Source: an uncultured Planctomycetota bacterium (GTDB lineage: Bacteria > Planctomycetota > Planctomycetia > Isosphaerales > Isosphaeraceae). Taken from it: 64,000 nucleotides of DNA. Location: positions 224,001 to 288,000 of the forward strand of contig CAWGMQ010000003.1 in assembly GCA_963823665.1 (NCBI GenBank). Direction: 5' to 3'. Below are positions 55,470-64,000 of this stretch, piece after piece; the first letter of the stretch is position 1, and the number at the start of each line of letters is the position of its first letter. The position numbers and the translations under genes are program-made. The notes under the pieces were generated by a model. That model did not search any database, had not been told where the DNA came from, and was given only the letters and a program-made list of their open reading frames with translations.

Positions 55470-56707
55470 TCATGACGCCTCGTTGCGTATTGCGTCCATG
55501 GGCGTCATTCGCGAGGCGCGCCAGGCGGGGTAAAGGCCGGCGAGCACCGCGATCAGGATGGCCACGAGCGTGCTGGCGGCAATCAACCCCGGCGTGAGCT
55601 CGAGCTGAAGCTCGAACTGGGTCAGAAAATGGTTGAGCGCGATCACGCCCGCGAAGGCCAGAATGCTGGCCAGGATGCCGGAGAGCAGGCCGAGGAGCGC
55701 GCTCTCGATCGTGACGAGGCCCAGGACGTTCCGCCGGGTCCAGCCGTTGGCCCGCATCACGCCGAATTCGACGATTCGCTCCATGGCGCTCATCAGCATG
55801 GTGTTGGCGATTCCCACACCGCCGACCAAAAGCGCCAGCCCGACCGTCAGCGACAGGAAAAGCTCGAGCTTGCCCATGATATCGCCCACCTGGATGTTGA
55901 ACTGAGACATCGTGCGGATCTGAACGTCGTCGAGCGCACCGGTGATCCGCTCGCCCAGTTCCGATAGTTCGACCTCCGGCTTCGGCTCGACGTAGAACGC
56001 GGAGACGGTCTTCTTGTCGACGTTGAGAAGTTCCCGCGCGGTCTCGATATCCATGACCACGGTGGTATCGATCAAGAGCGAGCCGGTTTCGTACAGGCCG
56101 ATCACCTCGAATTTCTTGCCGCCGATCAAGATCGAGTCGCCGACCTTCTTGGGCGAGCCGTCCGAGTTGGGGTAGTCGTGGGCGATCTTGGTGCTGATCA
56201 GGACGTTGTGCTTACCCACGTCGTCCATCGTGAGGAAACGGCCGCCGCCTTTTTCGGGCGGAAGAAGTCCTTGCTCAAACACGCCGCTTTTCAAATCGAG
56301 GTGTTCAGGAAGCTGCTGTCCTTCGACCAGTATGGTCTCCGCGAATGAGCTGAACCGATCGTTACCCTTCTGGGTCAACATCCGCGCGGCAGCCTGGAGC
56401 TGCAAGTTGCGTCCTTCGATGGGCGGGCACATTCCCCAGACCTCGGGCGCGACAATCCGCGAACCGGGTATCTTGCGCATGTCATCGACCATGCTCGCGG
56501 GCAGATTGCTGAACACGGGGGCCGGTGAATTGGCCCGCATGACCATCAAACCGTTCATGCGCGCAGCGTGTTGCCCATCAGCGTGCGAATGCCGGTGGTC
56601 AGGCTGAACAGACCCAGGATCGCGATGATGGGAATCGTCAGGCCGAGGACCGCCAGGAACGTGCGGGTGGGGCGAGTGATCAGGTTTTGCCAGGCGAACA
56701 GGAGCAT
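55470..56707 (-). CDS. MacB/FtsX-type ABC permease (frameshift near 56565)
   Basis: Start MLLFAWQNLITRPTRT; GGVGIANTM, ERIVEFGVMRANG, AGLYPAWRA. Confidence 0.92.
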
Positions 56708-56815
56708 GAGACGAAGCTCTCCGGGAGCAACATATCGAGTCGTCGGGCGACCAAACGTATCCTTATAGCCGCTCGAACAGTAAGCTCATAGTGGTAAATC
56801 AAGGAGTTACGAACG

Positions 56816-57580
56816 ATGTCCTGCATCCGGCGTGCCGTCATCCATCTCGTGGTTCTGGCCGGTGCGTCGCCCGCGCTGGCCCAGAGTGTGCCGCTGGGCG
56901 CGCTCGACAACTGGATGTGGTACACCGAAAATGCGTGGAAAGACCTCGAAAAAGGGCATTACGACCGCGCCGAAGCGAAGTTTCGCCGCGCCATCAAGGA
57001 ACTCGAGCCCTATGCTCCTGCCAACCGTAAATTGATGGCAAGGACGTATTGCGACCTGGCCCGCGTGTTCTACCATCAGAAACGCTACGCCGATGCCGAG
57101 CCGCTGGCGAAGTGGGCGCTTGCGGTGCGCGACGCCGACAAGAAATCCAGCTCGGATTCGGTCTTTCTGTCGTTGTTCACACTGGCGTCGATCCAGACCG
57201 CGCAAGAGCACTACGCCGATGCCGAGCCGCACTTCAAACGTGCTCTGGCGCTTCAAGAGAAAGAGCTGACCGCCAGCCACGTCAACACATTGGTAACGCT
57301 CGAGCGGCTGGCCTTCGTGCTACGCAGCCAGGGAAAGTACAATGAGGCCGATCCGCTCTATCGGCGCGCGATTGCCGTCCACGAGCGAAAGACGCCCGAC
57401 GAGAATACTGACCTTGCCGATACGATCGATCAATACGTGATCCTGTTGCGCAAGCTTAACCGCAGCGACGAAGCCGAACGATGGCAGGCCCGCGCGCTCA
57501 AGATTCGCGACACTGCCGCAACCAAGGCGGCCCGGGCCAAGGCGGACCAGGTCTCGAAGACACTCAAGGGATTCAAGTAG
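56816..57580 (+). CDS. secreted TPR protein
   Basis: Signal peptide ending ALA; repeated YADAEPL..ALA units. Confidence 0.88.
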   Translation: MSCIRRAVIHLVVLAGASPALAQSVPLGALDNWMWYTENAWKDLEKGHYDRAEAKFRRAIKELEPYAPANRKLMARTYCDLARVFYHQKRYADAEPLAKWALAVRDADKKSSSDSVFLSLFTLASIQTAQEHYADAEPHFKRALALQEKELTASHVNTLVTLERLAFVLRSQGKYNEADPLYRRAIAVHERKTPDENTDLADTIDQYVILLRKLNRSDEAERWQARALKIRDTAATKAARAKADQVSKTLKGFK

Positions 57581-57611
57581 CTTTCGTGGGATAACCCTTC
57601 GTGGAGCAACG

Positions 57612-58703
57612 ATGACGACCGATGCCGGCGCGATGCGCCCGCGCACTCGCAAGCGTACGTGGGTTTTGCTCTCGCTGGGAGCCGTGGTTCTGATCGCGCT
57701 GGTCTGGAGCGCAATCGCCGGCCTTGGATCGGGTGGAGGACCTTTACCGGAACCGCCGCCGATCCCGGTTCCGAATGGCTACGACGACGTGCTGGAGGCC
57801 GGGCGCGCGATCGAAAAATCGGGACTGGTCGGGTCGAAGCTCGACCTCGCCAAAGCCGACGCGAAAGAGCTTGGGCCGATCGTGCAAGGATCTGGCGAAC
57901 CGATCGCACAGGCTCGCAAAGGCCTCGAGAAGTCGTTCCAGGTTCCGGTGATTTATGAAATGAACGCGATGATGGACGTGACGATGCGCGACCTGGGCTC
58001 GATTCGAGGGGGACTGGTCCGCGCGATGGTCGCCCAGGGCCGGCTCGCCGAACTGGAAGGACGCATCGACCTAGCGGCGGGTCGTTACAGCGACCTCATT
58101 CGCCTGAGCGAGGTCATGAGTCATCGCGTGCCCATGATGGCTTTTCAGATCAGCGAGGCCATAGAAATGCAAGGGCTTTACCATTTGCGCGACATGCGCG
58201 ACAAGCTCTCCCCCGAACAGTGCCGGAAGCTGATCGCTCTTCTGCTCGAGGTCGATCGCAAACAGGAGCCCGCCGCGCAATCGATCCTGTACGAAAACAT
58301 GTTCATCAACGCGAACATGAAGCAGATGGGATTCTTTCCCTCAATCATGATCAAGGTTTCTGGCGTACAGGCAAAGACACAGGCCCAGGTCACGCAGACG
58401 CTGGAATCGTCGGAGAAGCGCCACGCCGCGGCTCGCCGGGTGCTCTTGACCGATCTGGCCGTGCGGATCTATCGCGCCGAGCACGGTGAGGCCCCGCCTG
58501 ATTTGAATGCGCTGGTCCCATCGATTTTGAAATCGGTACCTGTGGATCCGTACACGGGTAAACCGCTGCGCTATGTGAAACGCGGGAAAGACGGCGTCGT
58601 CTATAGCGTGGGCCCCGACCGAAAGGACGACATCCTCGCCACGCCGCTCGGCAAGCGCCATGTTGACTCCACCGCCGGTGATTTCACGATCGATTCGTTT
58701 TAG
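57612..58703 (+). CDS. membrane-anchored hypothetical protein with pseudopilin-like C-terminus
   Basis: N-terminal TM; YRAEHGEAPPDLNALVP..PVDPYTGKPLRY..VYSVGPD. Confidence 0.7.
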   Translation: MTTDAGAMRPRTRKRTWVLLSLGAVVLIALVWSAIAGLGSGGGPLPEPPPIPVPNGYDDVLEAGRAIEKSGLVGSKLDLAKADAKELGPIVQGSGEPIAQARKGLEKSFQVPVIYEMNAMMDVTMRDLGSIRGGLVRAMVAQGRLAELEGRIDLAAGRYSDLIRLSEVMSHRVPMMAFQISEAIEMQGLYHLRDMRDKLSPEQCRKLIALLLEVDRKQEPAAQSILYENMFINANMKQMGFFPSIMIKVSGVQAKTQAQVTQTLESSEKRHAAARRVLLTDLAVRIYRAEHGEAPPDLNALVPSILKSVPVDPYTGKPLRYVKRGKDGVVYSVGPDRKDDILATPLGKRHVDSTAGDFTIDSF

Positions 58704-58810
58704 TAGGTCAGGCTTTAGCCTGACGATTCTTTGCGGTACGTCTGCCTTGCGGCGCAACATCCGCCAAAAGACCAGCGCTAAAAAATGCGTCGGGCTGCAG
58801 CCCGACCTAC
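58703..58810. repeat. REPIN: inverted pair of GTAG-type REPs
   Basis: GTAG-GTCAGGC-TTTA-GCCTGAC (58703-58724, plus) and GTAG-GTCGGGC-TGCA-GCCCGAC (58789-58810, minus), with a 64-bp partly self-complementary spacer. Confidence 0.85.
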
Positions 58811-58975
58811 GAGTTTTCGACGGTGCTTTCCGAAGGCGGCAGGGCTGACCGACGTCAATCACAGCAGTCGCGTCACGCGGCGGGCAATCGGCAATCGAGC
58901 CCGAACATGACGGTGGATGACGCATTGGGAAAAACTCATGCGGCGCATTAGATCGATCTCCAGGAGGAGGGTTCT

Positions 58976-59854
58976 TTGCGGCAAGTTGTCGTCATGCTGA
59001 TGATTGGCTGGACTGCGTTCTGCGGATGGGCACGTGATCCTGATCCAAAGATCCGTGCCCAACTGCTCGAATATGCCGCGTGGACAACGCGGGAATATCG
59101 GTCCTGGCGAACCTTTGGTCCCCGAACGGATGAGGTGATCCCGGCAATCGCCTCCGCGCTCGCCGACTCGGACGATTCGAGCGCGGCCGAGATCGCCTTG
59201 ATCGAACTGGGCATGCGGTCGATGCCCGTCGTGTTGCCGTTGCTAGCTGACCAGAATTCCGCAATCAGCGAAGGCGCCGAGTCGGTTCTCTCGCATCTCG
59301 CCGTTGATGACGAAACGGTGCCGGGCGAGACCGTTGCGCAGGCGGCTGATCGGATTCGCGAAGTTCGCTCTGCGCTCGTCGCCACACTCAAAGCTCCGAG
59401 CAAGCGTGCCCGCTACCACGCGGCATAAGCCCTTCTGTATGCCGGCGAGCCGCATGTCTCGAGTCTCGCTCTCGGACTCGAAGACCCGGCTCCGCTTCTC
59501 CGCCTGCATGCGGCATACGCGATCGATGAGGTCGAGCCCGCCAAAGCGCGCGTCGCCCTCGACGCGCTGCAAAAGTGCTTGCGAGACCCTTCCGCCGATG
59601 TGCGCACCGCCGCGGCAGCCGCGATCAAGAAGATTCGAGATCGCGCGCTTCTCCGTCGATGCGTGAAGCGGCCGCCAGGCGGGGGCGGGTCGGGATTGGG
59701 GCCTCGACGGGACAACAGGCGGGGGCGGGATCTGTCGGCTGGACGCAGCGGGCCGGATCCTGGTCGGGACTGGGGCCTCGACGGGACAACAGGCGGGGGC
59801 ACTGTTTCGAGGCTTGTCATGTTTGGGACAATGGCGGATTTGAACAGGAGGTAA
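58976..59854 (+). pseudogene. HEAT-repeat protein with an in-frame TAA at 59426-59428
   Basis: ALADSD, LLADQN, then after the stop in the same frame GLEDPAPLLRLHAA and CLRDPSADVRTAAAAAI. The 3' end runs into repeats and is uncertain. Confidence 0.7.
59688..59800. repeat. 39-bp direct repeat, two copies with a 35-bp spacer
   Basis: ggtcggga(t/c)tggggcctcgacgggacaacaggcgggggc at 59688-59726 and 59762-59800. Confidence 0.9.
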
Positions 59855-59969
59855 AAAAGGTAACGAGGAGGAGGCGTCAAGAGTAAGGACCAGGCGGACA
59901 CGGTGTGAATGGTGGCAACTGTCGTTTATCGCGCCGGGCATTCGGCGAGGGGCCCTAAACCCGTGGATG

Positions 59970-61199
59970 TCAGGGCTTCGTGTCGTCGAAGCCCACGGTG
60001 ATCGGGACGAGTTTCCTGTCGGGGACGCCTACCAGGTAGAAGATGAATCGAATGCCGGTGTTGGCGAACGCTCGGAGCTCTTCGGCGTGTTCTTCTTCGA
60101 ACGAGGTGGAATCCCAGGAGTCGCAGAAGGGGACGACGGTTTGGGTGGCGCCTCGGGATTCAATCAGCCGGGCCTTGATCTGGCGCATGAGCTTGGTGAA
60201 GGAACGGGGCGAGTTCCCGGACCAGCCTTTTGTCGCCGCGAGCAGGATTGGTCGCGCGGCGTCTTCGAGGTAGCCGGGGATGACCATGACGTCTTGTGAG
60301 GCGAGGAGGGAGTCTTCGCCGCCGATCAGGTCTGGGGAGGAGAGGTCTTCGATGATGGCGTCGTAGCCTAGCTCGGAGATTGCGGCTTTTAAGCGGTCTA
60401 GCAGCTTGGCCAGGGAGTCGGACGGCTGGGTTTCGAGCTGGGGAAAGCCAACCATCGGTTGCCGCGCGAGCGACATGGGTTTGCTCCTCCACGAAAGGCT
60501 CAAAAGGGCCGAGGCTTCGGGTCTCGAATCGGTCAGCCAGGATACGCAGAGCGTGGAATGTACGTAATGGCGAAGGTGCACGAGGATCTGATCCTGCATG
60601 CGTCTTGGTAGCTCGTGCCATTGGTCGAGCAGACGTTCATTCTGCTCGAGGACGACGGATCGGGACATGCCAAAATCGCCGGAGCCAGGGACGCTACGCT
60701 TGTAGAGCTTCTCTTTGACGGCGAGCGGGAGCTCGATTCGGGCGGCGCGGCTTAGCAGGTTTGCTCGCTCGTGATTTCTTGCGACGTGGGTATAAGTCGC
60801 GGCGACGTCGTGCTCGCGGTGCTTTCCGCGCGCCTTCCGCATCGGTTCTGAATCGGTCCAGGACCTGGCGATGAATTCGTCGAGCGTTTGGTCTCGAGTC
60901 AGTGTGAAAACGAGTAGGTTGCAGTTCGCGATCAGTTGCGACCAAGTCTTGGGAAAGGACTCGAGTTCTTGACCAAAGTAGCGGCAGAATCGCTCGAGCA
61001 GGCCGGCCCAGTTGCTCCAGGTGAGCAGGAAGAGCTCGGCGAGGAACCAGTGTTCGATGGTGGCGTCGGAGTCCAGCGTTCGCCGGGCCCGAACCTCGGC
61101 GCTCCATTCAAGGCGCGCGAAGGATGAATCTCGCAGGTCGTCGTGAAGACGGCGCAAGGTAGTCTGCCGCGATTTCAGCTCATTTCTGAGGTTGGCCAT
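59970..61199 (-). CDS. hypothetical protein
   Basis: 409-aa uninterrupted ORF; helical N-terminal half and alpha/beta C-terminal domain. Confidence 0.75.
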   Translation of the reverse strand: MANLRNELKSRQTTLRRLHDDLRDSSFARLEWSAEVRARRTLDSDATIEHWFLAELFLLTWSNWAGLLERFCRYFGQELESFPKTWSQLIANCNLLVFTLTRDQTLDEFIARSWTDSEPMRKARGKHREHDVAATYTHVARNHERANLLSRAARIELPLAVKEKLYKRSVPGSGDFGMSRSVVLEQNERLLDQWHELPRRMQDQILVHLRHYVHSTLCVSWLTDSRPEASALLSLSWRSKPMSLARQPMVGFPQLETQPSDSLAKLLDRLKAAISELGYDAIIEDLSSPDLIGGEDSLLASQDVMVIPGYLEDAARPILLAATKGWSGNSPRSFTKLMRQIKARLIESRGATQTVVPFCDSWDSTSFEEEHAEELRAFANTGIRFIFYLVGVPDRKLVPITVGFDDTKP

Positions 61200-61452
61200 C
61201 GCGGATCATCCTGAGGTTAATGATGAGACGGCCCTTTTCCTTGATGCGGAGGTCGTCTAGATATCGGAGCCGTCGCTGAGCCACCGACACGCCGCGGCCG
61301 GGGATGTTAGACATCCACCTTTCGCCGAGCGACGGGTACTGGCATTTTGGGTGTTCGAAACGACCCGAGGCCGTGGTTTTTTGCCGAACGTGCGGGCCAC
61401 GGATGAGTGGATGCGGAGGACCGTGACAATAGGATGGGTGTCTGGAATACTT

Positions 61453-64000
61453 CTAACCGCTGCCATTCGCCCTGGTCAGGAGCTGATCGACGTCGTTCCA
61501 GAGCCGTTTGAACGCGGCGCGCTCGTCTTCGGGCAGCTTGGCCAGTTCCTTTTCATCGCGGATGCCGGCGAGGTCGGTGTCTTCCTTCCAGTGCTGAAGG
61601 GTCGACGCGACCTTCGCCTTCATGTCTGCCGCGCCGGAATCGAGGATGTTGGCCCAGGTGGCAAGCTCGGCCCGGAGCCATTCACGAGCCTGGCGGCGGA
61701 GCTTGGCCTTGGCGGCGTCATCGGGAGGCGGGTCGTCCTTGCCGTGACCCGCGCCCGCCAGCGCGGCGGCGCAGGCGGCGTTGTAGCGGTGCTGGGCCTG
61801 GCGATCGTCGGCAAGGCTCGGCTCAGCCGCGAGCGCCTCGGTCCAGAGCCGGGCGGCGGCGGCATGCAGCAATTTGTCGTAGGCGCGCTGGGCCAGTTGG
61901 AGACGCTCGCTGTTGTCCCTGGGAGTCTGATCGCCCTTGAGGATCCCGGCCAATCGCGCATCCATGGCCGCCATCGCCGGGTCGGAGGCGCGGAACTTGG
62001 CGAGTTCTTGCTCAGCCTCGGCCGCGCCTTTGGCGTCGTTCAGCCCTCGGCAAGCTTTGATGAGATTGCTGAGCTGAGCGTCCATAGGCCGCCGGAAGCC
62101 CGTGGTCGCGGGATAAACCGCGAGAGCCTTGCGCTGCGATTCGATGGCCTGCCGGAGAAGGTCGCGGGCCTGCTCAAACCGTTTTGCATCCAGTTCGATC
62201 ATCGCGAGATTGTTCAATATCCCGCCTAAGTTGCTCTGCCAAACGGGCGACTCGGGATGGTCCCGCGCTATCTTCTGCCGGATCAGCAGCGCCGACTCGT
62301 ACGATTTCAGCGCCTCGGCTGGCTTGCCGATCGCGCAGGCAGAGGCCGATGCTGTTGTGGCTGCGCCAGCTCCTCCTGGTACCAGGTGACGGAGGGGTTG
62401 TCGTCGGCCAGCTTCTGTCGGACTTTCCGCGCCGACTCGAGCGACTTCAGCGCCTCGGCCGGCTTGTCGCTCTCGTGCAGCATGATGCCGATGTTGTCCT
62501 GGGTGCGCGCCAGGCCAGCGACGAACTCGGTGACGGAGGGATTGTCGTCGGCCAGCTTCTGATAGAACTCGCGCGCCGACTCGAGCGACTTCAGCGCCTC
62601 GGCCGGCTTGCCGGCGTCGTGGTGCACGTAGGCGATGCTGTTGTGGGTGTTCGCCAACTGGTTCTGGAACCTGGTGACGGCGGGATTGTCGTCGGCCAGC
62701 TTCTGGAAGAGCGCCGCGCCCGCTCGTACGATTTCAGCGCCTCGGCTCGCTTGCTGGTCACGCCCAGCACGAAGCCGATGTTGCCGTAGCTCGCTGCCAG
62801 TTCGCCCTGAAACAGCCTGACTGTGGGGTTATCGTCGGCCAGCTTCTGTCGGACTTTCCGCGCCGACTCAAGCGATTTCAGGGCCTCGGCCAGCTTGCCG
62901 CTAGAGTACAGCAGCATGCCTATACTACTGTGGCTATTCGCCAGGTCGCTCTGGACCTGAGTGTCGGTGGGGTTGTCGTTGGCCAGCTTCCGCTGGATCG
63001 CAAGCGCCGACTCGGCCGCTTCCAGGGCCTCGGCCGGCTTGCCGGTCTGCTGCAGAAGCGTGGCGATGTTGTAGCGGCTGACGGCCAGGTCGCGCTGAAA
63101 CTTGATGACGTTGGGATTGTCGTCGGCCAGTTTCTGCCGGATCGTCTGCGATTCCTGGAAGGCCGCCAGGGCGTCTTGCTTGTCGCCGATCTCATCGGTG
63201 AGAGAGCCCAGGTCAAAGCTCGCTGATGCCAGCCGGGCAAGCGATTCCGGAGTCGTCGCCTTGTCCGCCTGGAGGCGATCGCGCAGCGCGCGGAAGAACG
63301 CCAGCGGCTCCTTCAGCAGGCGCTTGCGAAGGGCTTCCAGTGCTGGATTCTTCTTCAACTCCGGCTCGTTGGCCACTACGTCGCCGAACTGCTTCACCGC
63401 CGCGATCGCCTGCGCCTCGCGATCCTCGGCGCGGCGGCGCTGGGCGTCCAGGGCCGCATTGGCCCGGATCAGCTCGCTGTTTTTGCGACCGATCTCGCTG
63501 GCATGTGCCGACCGTTCCGACGCGAAAACGGCGAACGAGGCCACGGCTACCAAAAGCACCGCCGCGGCACTGGTGACCAAGGTACGATGTTTGCGGCCCC
63601 ACCGCGTCAACCGCACCGTGAGCGGGTCGCGATACACCGACACGGGCTCGTCGATCAGCCAGCGCCGCACCTCATCGGCCAATGCCGATGCGCTGGCGTA
63701 CCGGTCGTGGCGATTGAGTGACAGGGCTTTGGCGCAGATGGCATCGAGTGCGGCTGGGACGGTCAGGTCCACCTCGCGAGCACGGGGAATGCGGCCCGCT
63801 GAGACGTTTTGATAGATCTCTTCGAGCGTCGTACCTTGCGCGGGAGGACGATTGGCGAGGATCTCGTAGAGGATCGCACCGAGGCCATAGAGATCCGTGC
63901 GAGTGTCGATCTGATCGTCGTTCATCGCGACCTGCTCGGGGGCCATGTAAACCGGCGTGCCCACGCGGCCATGCGTCTTGTCGCTTTGGGCGCCATCGGT
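61453..64000 (-). CDS. Ser/Thr kinase-TPR protein, 3' part (frameshifts near 62720 and 62350-62300)
   Basis: GTPVYMAPEQ, TDLYGLGAILYE; ~48-aa QKLADDNP repeats; C-terminal RYNAACAAAL...LQHWKEDTDLAGIRD. Confidence 0.9.

Noticed and set aside
59688..59800. CRISPR array
   Set aside because: Only two full repeats, no leader or cas genes, and no convincing repeat-family match; kept only as a generic repeat.
61255..61311. Possible integron attC site (gtctaga...gttagac); also 52353-52427
   Set aside because: Imperfect RYYYAAC box, no co-oriented cassette gene, no array and no intI.
18410..62800. Many split genes (ECF, FAD oxidoreductase, SpoIIE, kinases, PP2C, permeases, trans-sulfuration enzyme, beta-helix, ankyrin) as pseudogenes or programmed frameshifts
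   Set aside because: Single-base shifts are scattered over unrelated, otherwise undegraded genes with no common slippery motif seen; this is best explained by uncorrected long-read indels.
62390..63140. ~144-bp periodic DNA repeats (ttgtcgtcggccagcttctg)
   Set aside because: They encode the QKLADDNP TPR units of the kinase; ordinary coding repeats.

Overview
GC-rich bacterial chromosome segment, almost certainly a planctomycete (Isosphaeraceae-like). This is inferred from the Ser/Thr kinase-TPR proteins, ECF sigma factors and secreted proteins carrying the 'LExRxL(L/T)' N-terminal motif. About 45 CDS are recognisable: thrS, a Ser/Thr dehydratase, a DcuC-family carrier, mobA, a trans-sulfuration enzyme, M16, S53 and HtrA proteases, ABC transporters, oxidoreductases, four Ser/Thr kinases and two PP2C-type phosphatases. 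About a dozen otherwise intact genes are split by 1-nt indels, which points to uncorrected long-read errors rather than real pseudogenes. No rRNA, tRNA, cas, integrase or transposase was recognised. Most notable observations: (1) a ~130-nt structured 5' leader upstream of an ankyrin gene, with two identical GGAAGGA motifs competing for one anti-SD (candidate new cis-regulatory RNA); (2) a ~3-kb integrase-less islet bounded by a 198-bp duplication of the 3' end of the trans-sulfuration gene and carrying an uncharacterised ORF coupled to an Rx4H-HEPN gene; (3) a second HEPN pair with a Zn-ribbon, MNT-like partner, followed by a decayed copy of that partner; (4) truncated or orphan toxin-antitoxin modules; (5) GTAG-type REP/REPIN elements; (6) an apparent ThrS-dehydratase fusion that is probably an indel artefact. 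All family calls come from motif recognition by eye; no database searches were run.
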